From Octopus vulgaris (lineage: Eukaryota): a stretch of DNA of 64,000 bases. Below are positions 26,548 through 39,311 of this stretch, in pieces. The notes beneath the pieces were generated by a model, which searched no databases, was not told the DNA's origin, and saw only the letters and a list, made by a program, of their open reading frames with translations. How positions within the stretch are numbered: position 1 is the first letter of the stretch; each line of letters begins with the position of its first letter. The translations under genes were made by a program, and so were the position numbers. The stretch covers positions 178,622,001 to 178,686,000 of the forward strand of contig OX597816.1 of NCBI GenBank assembly GCA_951406725.2. The letters run 5' to 3'.

Positions 26548-26818
26548 TAAATAATTACGCCAAATTATCCGATCAACCAATCAGATGCGCTCAAATGGAT
26601 CACATGTTCCCTTGGTGGAAAAAAATCTTACACATCCAGCAATTTCCTTAAATAGATGAGTTTTTCCCCTATTAAGGAGTCTAGCTTACGTTTGCCACCA
26701 GAAAACTATTGCTCGCTTTCTTCGCATTACGACACAATGAAATTCATCACCGCCGACACCACCGATATCGCCGCTACAGGGTCTTACTGCATCTAACGCC
26801 GACAACGACGACATCAGT

Positions 26819-27000
26819 GGAGGCGCAATGGCCAGTGGTTAGGGCAGCGGATTCGTGGTCGTAAGAGCGCGGTTTCGATTCCCAGACCGGCATTGTCAGT
26901 GTTTATTGAGCAAAAACACCTAGGCTCCACGAGGCTCCGGCGGGGTCGGGGTACGAACCCCGCTGTACTCTTTCACCACTCTTTCTCTCACTCTTTCTTC
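26819..27000 (+). mobile_element. tRNA-derived SINE head of another family
   Basis: GGAGGCGCAATGGCCAGTGG (A box) and GGTTTCGATTCC (B box), but no complete cloverleaf. Confidence 0.6.
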
Positions 27001-28112
27001 CTACTTTTGCCACAAAGCAGAGGAACCATGGTGTAACCCACTAAGATGTGGTAAACTTTCAGACCCTAGTCTAGATTGCGAATCTTCTGTACCCCCAGGA
27101 TGGTTCAAGCTTTCCACCTATTAAAAGCCACCGTTTACGGAATGAGGATAACAACGTAGCTTTCGCACCCGTGCAACCACCAGTCTATCGCGTGTGGTGG
27201 GTGGATCTTCAAGTTGCCACACGCATTCTTAGTAGCTTAGAGTAGGCTCGAATTAGAAATTATTCTTTGTAGCTAATGGCGTGCGTCCTTATTGGAAGAA
27301 GAAGAAGAAGAAGAAATTTTTGCTATTCTTGTTTATGTCTCCTCACTTACATGTATATTCTAACGAGTCGCTTCTTAAATTTCGCACCTCTCTTGTTCAA
27401 TAAACACTGAATTAAACTTGTAAAACAATTTATTTTCTCCTTTCGATTTTTAATGCTTATTTTAGCGGGTTACTAAACTATCAGTTTGGTCTCCCTGCTA
27501 AATATTAAAAAAAAAAAAAAAATATTAACTCGTTGAAATTGTCTTCCATGATTTCAAATTTCATAATTGACGCGATATCGTAAAAGAATATAAAATAAAA
27601 AATAAAAATAAAAAGAAACTATGAAATAAAATTTGTCAGCACAGTTTCCCAGATGGACAAGTAAAAAACTGCACCACCGAATCATACATATTCTCACAAA
27701 TAAACATTATTATCACAATGAAAAAGATTACATCGTCGACAAAATTCAAACACAGTAAACTGTTCCAAGCTAAGCTACATTTTCAGAGCGAGAAATTACT
27801 CCAGCATTAGAAATGTGTTACTCACATTGGAGTATTGCACATTCATAATATACGGAACAGCTGTTATCCTCGGCACCATTCTACAGTCGTATCTAAAACA
27901 AGGTTATCTAAACTGACAGGAAAAATTTAAAATAAATATGTCTTTAATCCAACAGAGATCTGTCTCGCAGATATTTCATGTAAACTCAAAGATTAGTTGT
28001 GACTCAATACACACGAAGGTTATATACATAAAGCAAGTTATTTTGATTTTAACAATAGGCGCTTCACAAAACTTTGCTCCACGACTGTTTTCAAAGAAGA
28101 AAACTGACTTAC

Positions 28113-28137
28113 CTCAAACAATTGATAGGGATCAAAT
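28113..28137 (-). CDS. PLA2G4A: cPLA2-like gene, 25-nt micro-exon (FDPYQLFE)
   Basis: ttttcag|A TTT GAT CCC TAT CAA TTG TTT GAG|gtaagt. FDPYQLFE resembles the cPLA2-alpha N-terminus (IDPYQHII). The phase-0 exit fits the next exon. Confidence 0.85.
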
Positions 28138-29836
28138 CTGAAAAATAAATAAATAAATAAAATAAATAAAATAAATGACATTCTTTTTATTATTTCGACA
28201 TAAAGAGACTAATTTAATGAACCCATGTATATACGCAAATACATACACTCACTCACACATACACGCATGCACGTATATACAAGCGCGCGCGTACACACAC
28301 ACACACACAAGAATGTACGGATGCCCTTTTCTTTCCACGAACGGTCCGTGGGGACTTCCTTGACAAGCGAGAAATGCTTGCCGTGGAATTTTCGTGGAAG
28401 AACGCAGAGATAGTTACATTCCTTTCGGTATTATGTGTAAGACACCATATTGTCTGTTAGATACAGACAGTTTCATCACACCTGCTTCGATACTTAGAAT
28501 GCAGAAACCTGGAAGAAATACCGCAAGGCATTTTGTCCAGTTTGAATTCATAATCTCTGGGCAAGTAAAGAGCTGTGTATTTGTGGTTACATCCAAGATG
28601 TCGTACATAGCTGGTGTTACATTGAAACGTAGGGGTGGCTGAGGAATAGCTTTTAAACTGCTGATGACGCAAACAAATTTCTGTTGTGGAATTAACACAG
28701 GTTCGTTAAAGGACGCCTTACGTTGAGAAAGAAGTATAATACAAACATCAACTAATAAAAAACAAAACAGGCGCAGTGGATGACAGAGAGCAGATAATTT
28801 GATGTCATGTGAGACAGCCAGACGTACAGGTAGGCAGACAGACCAACAGATAGATAGACTGACAGACAGGCAAACAGACAGGCATATAGTTAGGAATATA
28901 GGTATACAGATACATAGACAGATCAACCGATTTGTAATTACATAGTTGAGTAAGGAAATAGAATGGCTAGATTGATAGATGTAGAGGTAGATTGGCAGGT
29001 AGATATATAAATAAGTCGGTGTATTTATAGATAAATAGATATTTGGCCGTCTGCAATAAGTTAATACAATTATAAACGGTAACTGTCAGAAGACATAAGT
29101 ATGAAAAGTAAAATATGATGCTGATAAATCTGCTGCATTAAATGTTAGATTATGATTTACAAAATAAAAATGGCGATAATCATTGATTAAGACGCCGTCC
29201 GTTTCTCTTGGTAGCTTCGTATCAGATCACGTCCTCCTGGTATCTACTGACGGAGAGCGAAGAGACTTCCTTAGTCAGCCGTCACAGTTAATGTTTATTT
29301 TTTGGTTCCAGATTATTTCCGATCAAGTAAACTTACTATATGATCAAAGGTGCCCCCATCTGTATGCATCACGTATTTTAAGGTCTCAGACTTCATGTCC
29401 AGTATCAACTTCTTCGCCAGAGATTAAATGAAAAGTTATTTCATTCGTGAATACAGACTCAAAGAATAAGTTTTCTAAATTATCCCTTTAAAGAGAGCTC
29501 GATTAATTTACTGTATGTGGTGTGATGATGAAGGAGTGTGACGGAATGGGGGAGCGGAAGTGGGGCTTGCAGGTCTTGCAGGGCGCATGCGCCGGCGGAA
29601 GCGGAAGTGAGAGACAGAACGCACGTGCGGCATCGACGAGTTGGCTCAGACCCCAGGAAGGCACGAAGACGACAAGACGTTAGCAAGTTGGCTGAAGGCC
29701 ATCCGACTTCATCCCCGGTCAGGTAAGACCTAATTGCACTTCTATTTCCTTTTCCTTGTTCTGTTGTGCTCCTTTCATCATCCCTACTACAAGCTATTTC
29801 GGCAGTTCGTCAGCGTTCACATTTTTTTTCAACACG

Positions 29837-30601
29837 ATGTCTGCAAAAGTTAGGATCGCCAGTGACGTCGTCAGACCTTTTAACGGCGAAGGCGATGTAG
29901 TGGCCTGGATTCAGAAAATCAGGCTGGTGGCGAGACTGCAGGGCATAAGCGACGTGGCGAGTCTTATGGCGCTGTATTTGGAAGGAAGTGCGTTGTCGCT
30001 TTACCTAGAGATGGATGAAAAAGAACGGCTCTGCGATGGGAATATAGAGCGGCGCTTGTGTGACGCATACACGGAATGCGAGTACACAGCTTTCGCTAAG
30101 CTGGGTGCAATCAGGTGGACGGGAGGCCAGGTGGATGATTTTGCATCGGAAGCTAGAAGGCTAGCGACTCTGGCCGGGTTTGCCGGAGAAGGACTGGAGA
30201 GAGCAGCCCGACTGGCGTTCGTGAATGGGTTCCCCGATGATGTAGGGATTCACCTACAACGACTGCCCGGGGTCAAAAAGATGCCATTGAGCGAACTTGT
30301 AACTCATGCTCGCGGGTTGACGAAACACTCGGGGCGGAAGGCGATAACGATGGCGGTGACGGAGGCGCGTAAAGACGGACGACGTCCCGAGAAAGAGGTA
30401 CGGAAGCCCACCGTGCAACGAGAGCGGCCGTTCTCAGGACGGTGTTTTAAATGCCAGGGACCGCACATGGCGCGGGACTGTACGCAGCCGGGGCCCGTTT
30501 GCTATCGATGCAGGCAGACAGGGCACATTGCCCGTGATTGCGGCCAGGGAAACGACCGCGGGGAAGTTGCTGCCTCTCGAACTTTCCCCTCTAACGAGTA
30601 G
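29837..30601 (+). CDS. gag: Gag with two zinc knuckles
   Basis: Intact 254-aa ORF containing CFKCQGPHMARDC and CYRCRQTGHIARDC. Confidence 0.92.
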   Translation: MSAKVRIASDVVRPFNGEGDVVAWIQKIRLVARLQGISDVASLMALYLEGSALSLYLEMDEKERLCDGNIERRLCDAYTECEYTAFAKLGAIRWTGGQVDDFASEARRLATLAGFAGEGLERAARLAFVNGFPDDVGIHLQRLPGVKKMPLSELVTHARGLTKHSGRKAITMAVTEARKDGRRPEKEVRKPTVQRERPFSGRCFKCQGPHMARDCTQPGPVCYRCRQTGHIARDCGQGNDRGEVAASRTFPSNE

Positions 30602-31045
30602 AGGCGCTATTGGAGACACTGCCATTGATTGACGTGGAGGCCGAGGGGGAGACGTTCAAGGCCCTTGTGGATACGGGCTGTACGACCACCCTGGTGACTT
30701 CGAGGGTGACGAAGGAATGGAACGGGGTGTGTAGTGTCCGGGCGGTCGACGGCAGCGAAATCCGTTGCAGAGGCAGCAGCAAGGTAGAGATAGTGGTGCG
30801 CGGCGCGACGCTAAGGCTACAGGCAATTGTGGCCGAACGCGTGATAAATGGAATTGATGTGGTGATGGGGATGGACGCCATCAACTGCCTCGGTGGCGTC
30901 AGTGTTGTGGGAAATGATGTCACGTTCGGAAGCGTGGGGGCGTCGTGCACTGCGAGTCAGGATCGCCAGAGGGAGCAGAGCCCCGCGAGGGACTGCGCCG
31001 CTTACACCATCGAGGACAAAGACTTTCAGGCGGCGTTCGATGGTC
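30595..31045 (+). pseudogene. Retroviral-type aspartic protease, truncated by the RT deletion
   Basis: ALVDTGC catalytic motif and VVMGMD; the frame differs from both gag and the RH-IN remnant. Confidence 0.88.
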
Positions 31046-32938
31046 AGCTCCTACATATACGACATTTTGGTGGACGAAACTGTAGTGCCAGCCGACGAGG
31101 TGGTGAGACATCTGGAGAAGTTCGGACTGATTGCTAAGCCACCGGAGTCGATTGAAGGGGGAGCCGCGCTGGGGCTGAAGCTGCGAAGAGATAGATCAGG
31201 TGAATTGGTGTTCCGGAGAGGAAATGAAATCAAAGAGATGAGTTCCAGCGTCAGCAGGAGAGAGCTGTTCTCGGTGTGTGGGAAGTTGGTCGGTCACTAC
31301 CCGATCGCTGGATGGCTGCGCACGGCGTGTAGTTACACCAAGAGACGAGCGGAAGGAGAGAGGTGGGGCGACAAGGTGGGAGAAGGGACGGTGGCGATGA
31401 TGCAGGAGATCCTAGAGAGGACAAGAGCGGAAGACCCGGTCAGGGGGAACTGGTACGTGCCCAGGACGAAATGCGGGACTGTCTGGTGTGATGCTAGCAG
31501 TATAGCGATAGGGGTGGTGTTGGCAATCGAAGGCACTGCGGTGGAGGACGCGGCCTGGCTTCGGAAAGCAGATGATTTCAACCACATCAATGTCGCCGAA
31601 TTAGACGCGCTGCTGAAAGGGGTGAACTTGGCCTTGAAATGGGGGCTGCGCACGATTGAAATGCGGACGGATTCGGCCACTGTGCTTGGCTGGGTAGGAT
31701 CGGTGATCACCGGTGACAGGAGAGTGCGGACGAAAGGTGCTGCGGAGATGTTAATGAAGCGCCGTCTAGGAGTTCTAGGTGAATTGATCGCCGAATTCGG
31801 ACTGAAGCTGAACGTGGTCTTCGTGCCTTCGGAGAAAAACAAGGCGGACGTACTGACCAGGGTGAAAAGGGCGTGGTTGGAAGAACCGGAGGAGGCTCGG
31901 AAAGGGATAGCTGCGGCGTGTCGGTTGGATGACTCTGAACTGAAGAAACTGCACGCTATGCATCACCTGGGTGTGGACAGGACCCTGTATCTGGCAAAAA
32001 AGATTGATGCTGACGTGACCAGGAGAAGCGTCCGGAAGGTGGTCGGGAGCTGCGACAGGTGTCAGTCCATCGACCCTGCTCCGTGTGGGTATGAACAGGG
32101 AAGCCTTTCCGTGGAGCAGAACTGGAAAAGGCTAGCTGTGGATGTGACACACTACCGTCAGCGAATGTACTTCTCCATGGTCGACTGTGGGCCGGGCCGG
32201 CTGGCCATTTGGAGGGAGTTGAGATCGGGCATTGCTGACGAGATCGTGCAGATCCTGAACGGGATATTTTTAGAGAGAGGTCCCGTGGAAGAACTACTGA
32301 TGGACAACGGGGCGGCGTTTCGTTCGGAAGCATTGAGGGTTATGCTTGATCGGTGGAACGTGCGACGCTTGTTCAGAGCAGCGTATAGGCCGGGCGGTAA
32401 CGGGATCGTGGAGAGGCACCATCGGACAGTCAAGGCCATAGCGGAAAGAGGGCACATTTCGCCGCTTGAAGCAGTTTTTTGGTACAACTTGTCTCCCCGA
32501 TCCGGACAGGCTGAGGAATCGGTGCCACACAGGGCAATATTCAGGTACGAGTGGAGGCATCCGTGTACTACATCAATGCGACCCGGGGCAGAGGAAGAGC
32601 ACGCCTTCGTGCAGGTCGGGGAGGAAGTCTGGGTAAAACCCCCAAACGCACGGTGTACATCGCAATGGGGAAAGGGGACAATAACCTCCGTAAATTCAAA
32701 GAATAACATCTCGATCGATGGTATGCCACGCCACGTTTTGGACATACGGAGGATTGTCCATGCCCCAGAGGATGGGACAAGCAACAGTGGGCAAGACGAA
32801 AACAACCGACAGGATGACGAGGTCGACAGCAACACACCAGAAACAAGTCCTAGGGTCGCGCTGCGACCACAGAGGGAGCGGCACCCTCCTCCCTGGTTGG
32901 CTGATTATAAAACCAGTTTCAGGTGCGGGAGCGAGTGA
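31046..32938 (+). pseudogene. pol: RT C-terminal remnant + RNase H + integrase (open frame)
   Basis: SYIYDIL (degenerate YIDD); RNase H WCDAS / INVAEL / RTDS / NKAD; integrase HHLG..CDRC zinc finger and AVDV / MDNG / GIVER (DDE triad). Confidence 0.93.
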
Positions 32939-33655
32939 GGAAGCCGGTTCAGTGATCTATAGATCAGGGGGGCGTGTGGTGTGATGATGAAGGAGTGTGA
33001 CGGAATGGGGGAGCGGAAGTGGGGCTTGCAGGTCTTGCAGGGCGCATGCGCCGGCGGGAGCGGAAGTGAGAGACAGAACGCACGTGCGGTATCGACGAGT
33101 TGGCTCAGACCCCAGGAAGGCACGAAGACGACAAGACGTTAGCAAGTTGGCTGAAGGCCATCCGACTTCATCCCCGGTCAGGTAAGACCTAATTGCACTT
33201 CTATTTCCTTTTCCTTGTTCTGTTGTGCTCCTTTCATCATCCCTACTACACTGTACACTTAAATTTGTTGTAAACATAAAAATATATTGTACTATATAGG
33301 CTACATATCACATGGTGTTTAGTGATGTCATACAGACAGTAACATGAATAGCAGTTTTATTGGTCTTTCGACAGTGTTTTATTGTTTTGAGAGGATTTCA
33401 AAAAACTGTTTTCCACATCTACTTTCGCAAATTATAACTGTAGTACTAAGTTATTAAATCAAACATACGAACGGTTGTGATTAATTTTTGTTTCTCTATA
33501 TATCCCTATATGTCTTCTACATGTGTATATGTATACATGTGTATTTATATATCAAGCCCAAGCGTGTTTATCTGCATCCCTATCACCCCTCTCTCTCTTT
33601 CTCTCTCTCTCTATATATATATATACATACACACACATATGTACATATATGTATA

Positions 33656-33726
<71 letters not shown>

Positions 33727-33731
<5 letters not shown>

Positions 33732-33876
33732 AAAAAAGCAACAAGAATGGATTAAAATCTCGGTACAATTGTTTCGTACGAGGACATCTTTAATAAGCTA
33801 CAAAAATGCAGTAAGATGTCCTCGTACGAAACAATTGTACCGAGATTTTAATCCATTCTTGTTGCTTTTTTCCTAT
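33727..33876. repeat. Perfect 64-bp inverted repeat, 22-bp spacer
   Basis: 33727-33790 is the reverse complement of 33813-33876. Confidence 0.95.
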
Positions 33877-33994
33877 TTGTAATCACCCCACTTGTCGTAT
33901 GGTTAACACCATATAGATTTCCGGTGCATCCTAGTTAAGGACCATATTCATGTGAATTCATTAGAATTCACTTGAATCTCAATTACTTAAACCG

Positions 33995-34033
<39 letters not shown>

Positions 34034-34116
34034 ATATACATATGTATATACATATATATATATACACATATATACACACATATATATATATATGCACACA
34101 CACACATACACATATG

Positions 34117-34187
<71 letters not shown>

Positions 34188-34530
34188 AGAGACCTACTTA
34201 CATGCATACATACATATACAAACACTATACTGTGTATATAATATGTTAAATTTACATCACAGAAAGGTAATCTCTATATAATTGTTCGACAATTGTGACT
34301 CGATTCTATTTGTATCATTAGCTCAGAGAATAAATGTCAGCTATTTTATAAATATCTTATCAACATTACAATGGTTTATTACGATGTAAAACGATACAAT
34401 TTTATTTCCTGCATGATACGATACACTTGAATGAATTTCAAACCTTTGATGTGATTTGATCTGTTTCTTTATATAACTCCACATGAACAAAACGAGGCAC
34501 TAGAAAAAAATAAAAGCTTGAACAAAATGT

Positions 34531-35015
<485 letters not shown>

Positions 35016-36149
35016 ACGGGGCACGAGAAAAAGAAGCATGAAAGAAAATAAAAACGAGCAATCGTTGAAAGTCAGTAGAATTGTGAGGTAAAAGTAAGGA
35101 GGAGAAGAGGATTCGACATTGCAGACAATTATTTGCCAAGTTAGAAGGAAATGTAAGAGCGTATGTTTAATTGGCAAAATATGACCATCCCTCAGTATAA
35201 CAATATCTGTTTCAACACAGGATTTCACATCAAGGACCTTGCAAAATGAATATATTAACATGACAAAGAAAACCATTGTAATGATGGGATTTGGGAATTA
35301 AGGTTGCTGGAATGGTAGAAAAGAAGTGAGTATAGTTAGTGGTTTTCAGCAGAGGAGAGCGAACGTTAAAGGAAATAAGCGCGGAAAAAAAGTCATGAAG
35401 TATGCGAGTGTATGAACGAATAAGAAATCGAGTTTATAAACAAAATTGTGTCCAAACGTGTGTGTGTGTGTGTGTGTGTGTTTGCGGGCGAGAATGTGTA
35501 ATTGTGAGGAATAGATGTGTTGGAGGTGCAAATAAGCCATGATCATATGTGATATTGTATGAGCAAGTTATCATAAGCTGCGAGTTAATGGTAGGTAGGT
35601 AGTAGAGTTTGAATAAATGCATGTCTACAAGGGGGTGGGGTGGAATGTTTGTAGGGGTGTTTATCGGTGTCTTAGGTATTTTAACAGAGATGCCAGTTAG
35701 TTAAAGACACCAGACAGAGTAGATGTGTTCATGCAGAAAGTGAACTGATGTTTCCATCAAAGCCACTAAACAAGTATACGATGGTGTTCTGTAGTTCTGC
35801 ATAGAGCGAAATGTAAGAAGGAGTGGCCTGGTAAACTGAAATCGCGAGCCACAAACTTGAGAGGTCCGGTGTGGTATTAGATGTCCAACAAGTATTCTCT
35901 TAAACGATCAGCTGGCCTCCGACACAGTTTTCCTTCAACAATAGAATTAGAATTTGATATAACATAGGATATTTTAGGAAGTGTGAGTGAAAACATGACA
36001 TTAAAAGATGAATTGGAATGTTGCAGGATGGTGATATTCTCGTCGAAGGAATTTCAACTGGAAAGAAAGCAAACAAAAGATCCGACTTAGATGTCGAGAA
36101 GAACTGCGGATCTGTGGGAAAGGAGGTATAAGAAAGTGACAGCGTGGAC

Positions 36150-36400
36150 ATTGTCCTCAAGGACCACATATCCAATTTCCTAACCTTAAATGCAGAGTGA
36201 CTAACCCTTCTAAAATCGAGCCATCGATTCTCGTTTCAGAATTCCACCAGATTAATCGACTAGAACCGCAACGTCGTCTTTAACTAGTTCCGCAATACTG
36301 AGAATGAAGCATCTTACAAAACCACCCAGTTTGGTATGGTGGACTTCTACCCTTCCATATTACTATCCTTTTTACTCTGAAAGTTCTAGACTTCGATAAG
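36150..36400 (+). pseudogene. Penelope-like RT relic
   Basis: Across frameshifts: LKDHISNF, CRVTNPSKIE and QFGMVDFYPSI, resembling Penelope LKDHK-NF / CRLINP-KSE / FDI--FYPSI. Confidence 0.65.
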
Positions 36401-37009
36401 TAATATACAAAAATTAATGTTCTCGAAATAAGAATAACCATGAAGACTACAAAGACTGAATTCTTGGATCATAATGACTCCTATTCAACCAAAACCAAGG
36501 TGACCTTTTATTCTCAAAGAAGAGAAAACATTTATGGCCATAGTCTGCACTATTCTGTTTAATTAAAACAAAAATTAGTCACGAGAAAGAAGTCAGAGAG
36601 GAGGCCAATAGCATGAATTGGGTCAATAATGTCGAATAAAGTCATATTAAATATCACAAAGTTCTGGATATCTATTGAAACTATTTTAAAGGTGAAGACC
36701 TCAATAGTAAGTTACTGAAATATGGTGTTTCATATTTCTCTCTGTCAAGTATAAACACAAAACAAGTCTCATGTATAGGGAACAATGAAACAAGCTTGAC
36801 ATGTTTGTAGCACGAAACTCGAAACTAAGGAACTTCAATAATTACTTGTCAAAGTTTTCAGCTTGAAATATACACACACATATACACTCACACACAGATA
36901 CATACACACCACACATGCACGGACAAATATAGAAATTGCATTGTTTATGCTTTATATGTAAAAAAACGAAAAGAATTAGAAACTTACAAACACATACATG
37001 TTACGAATT

Positions 37010-38096
37010 CTTTTCTTTTTTTTCATAAAGCCTAAACAATATGTATAAACAAAAATGCTAGTTCTAAAATCTCTTTAAGAGATCAACGCAGTAGTTGTAC
37101 TAACAAGTAATGTTTGTAGCCACTTCGACATGGCTGCCCATTCGAACAGACTTTACTGCGATTTTTTAACTCCAAGTGGACAACTCCTCTAGCTGGTGAA
37201 CGATGCAGAGCTGCATCCGAGATATTGCGAACAGGGGGGCGAATCACCACCACCTTCTAGCGACGGGACCAGCAGACCAGCCTGGTTTCGGGCTATTTCT
37301 GCCTCTCTTCAGTACTCTTCATTTTAGCGGTTCGTCTGCAAAAGTACGTCGGCAGTAATATCACCTCTTCATTTTTTAAGGTGGTGGTAGATAAATCCCT
37401 TGCCGTTTTTTCATCGGTGAATTGAGCTTCGACCGTGGTACTCCTTCTTCCACGGCCGACGTAAATTATTCTGTTCCAGATTAGCGACAGACATTTTTCT
37501 ATAGCCTCAGTTATAATTCTCTTTTCTTTCATACTGTACGTTTTATATACTACAGTTGTTGCCGCACTATTCTGTAAAACCTCTTCAGGATGTTTTCAGG
37601 AGGGAGTAGTTTTGTATCACTACCTGTTTTTTGACAAGGTTCCTATATTTAAAAAGTTCTGCCATTGTAATTTCCATCGTTATCATGTTACCACCTACCG
37701 CGGCCGAAAAACTTTGCTTTTCCTTTTGCACTTGCATTAAATTTTCATTATTTTTAGCCTTTTCTATCTCTGGGAAATCTCCGTTCATGTAATCCATGAC
37801 GTGAAAAATTTTTGCAATAAACAAATTCCTTCAAAAAGGAATAAAATTAAGCAAAAAATAATTTTTACCCTGCAAAGGGTAAAAATCGCAGTTCTAATCA
37901 CAGTTGTCGCTTTCACGACAATATTTCAAAAGTTAAGAATTTTCTGCCCCGGAGGGCGAAAATGACAGTTAACAAATAAACAACAATTCAATTCCAACAA
38001 GCGCAGCAGTAAAACATTGAATATATAACAAATTTGAACTCACGAACACAAATATGCGACAACCAAAAAGTCTGACACGAGTCTGGTAGAGATGAA
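37010..38096 (-). mobile_element. Internally deleted LINE retaining an ORF1-like N-terminus and an A-rich tail
   Basis: Interrupted reading frame 37824-37293 (..IIYVGRGRRSTTVEAQF..LLPTYF..), then an unrelated UTR-like segment and a poly(A)-like end at ~37010. Confidence 0.55.
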
Positions 38097-38480
38097 TTTT
38101 TTTATTGGGATAATTAATATCGTACACAGAGGGAACAAAACAAGACAATACAAAGATTTATTGTTATTATGAGTTCGTATGATACTTAGTTTTTAAAAAA
38201 TATTGAATGATATATAAAATTTGACTTTTTTTGGGGTGGGGATTAAGCCTGATGGGGTGAAAAGTCCAGCGACTATACCTTTTCCTTTTCCCATGAAGAT
38301 TAAGCAGGGTCACTTGCACCCACCTTTCTTACCACAACCGTCCATCTTTTCTCGAACACACCTCGCGGCATGCATCTCTTCTCCAGCCCTATCTTGTTCT
38401 TCAGATGGTATCTGAAGTATGTCAGCAAACCAGGGCCAGAGATGAAGGATCCCGTCACGAGTCCTTGCAATCTGGACGTC

Positions 38481-38481
<1 letters not shown>
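38097..38481 (-). mobile_element. Tx1/L1-like 3' fragment
   Basis: VWTSRLQGL..FISGPGLLTYFRYHLKNKI resembles the C-terminus at 43400-43560; ends in AATAAA plus an A tail. Confidence 0.7.
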
Positions 38482-38509
<28 letters not shown>

Positions 38510-38512
<3 letters not shown>

Positions 38513-39311
38513 TTCAACATTGCCACTGAACAGAGAAAACATACCTCACCTTTGAGAGTCCGGTTGGCGGCACAATCTTTATTATAGACTCAACTGATAG
38601 CTGTACTCTGCCTAGGTGTGACAACACGTATTCAAAGTAAATTATCAAGCCTGAAAGTTTCCGGCACTGTACAAAAGCGTGCTGGATGGTTTCATGCTGT
38701 TGGCACTGACATTCCGTACCTGGGTAACTTATCGCGAGCAGGTAAAGCGTTCCTGTAGCAGTGCCAGGTCAGGGATTTTTGGTAATTATCCAAATACCCC
38801 GGCCTGAAAGTTTTTTTGGAACAGGTTGGCAAGTTGGTTCTCGTCGGACCCCCCCCCCCCCCAAGGACGTCATCATTTTAAAACTCAACCAGCACTTTAT
38901 TCAAAACCGAGGTGGTATTCCCACTGCCGGCCTCGCGGATTAGCACGAGTGCTTGTCGGCACTCTTTTTGCCATTCTGTCAGATTACGTCTTTTAATAAA
39001 ACCGGGTTTGAATCTCTTCAAGGTAGCCGTTTGAATCTCCGACAGGTAGCCGTTTATCTGAACGGTGGATTTGATGCCGCTATACATTGCGGAGATCCAG
39101 CTACGGAAGTCCGGGCCCAGCCCAGCCGCTTCGAAGACCGCCGCCAAGGACTGGTGGTCTACCCTATCAAACGCTTTATTTTGGTCTCAATGGACCTTTG
39201 TTGTAAGGTGTAGTGTATAAGGTGAAGATTGTCCTGGATCGGCCTGCCTGGAATGGCGTATGCCTGCACCTTCCCCACAAGCTTCTCCACGTCACTCGTG
39301 GACCGTTTTGC

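Larger units (their letters stand above)
29516..33250 (+). mobile_element. Gypsy/Ty3 LTR retrotransposon, young, internally deleted in RT
   Basis: Two 276-bp TG...CA LTRs (29516-29791, 32975-33250) with two differences seen by eye; 5-bp TSD CTGTA (29511-15, 33251-55); purine-rich tract at 32961-32974; domain order gag-PR-(RT remnant)-RH-IN. Confidence 0.97.

Noticed and set aside
26819-26890. tRNA gene
   Set aside because: A/B boxes only; no acceptor stem, and it continues into SINE-like sequence.
27032-27474. Possible solo LTR (TGTAACCC…GGGTTAC with AATAAA)
   Set aside because: No terminal CA and no TSD.
28414-28926. 170-aa minus-strand ORF, and an LRR-like phrase (LRYLECRNLEEIPQGILSSL) on the plus strand
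   Set aside because: No convincing splice sites; the phrase is bounded by stops and is likely chance.
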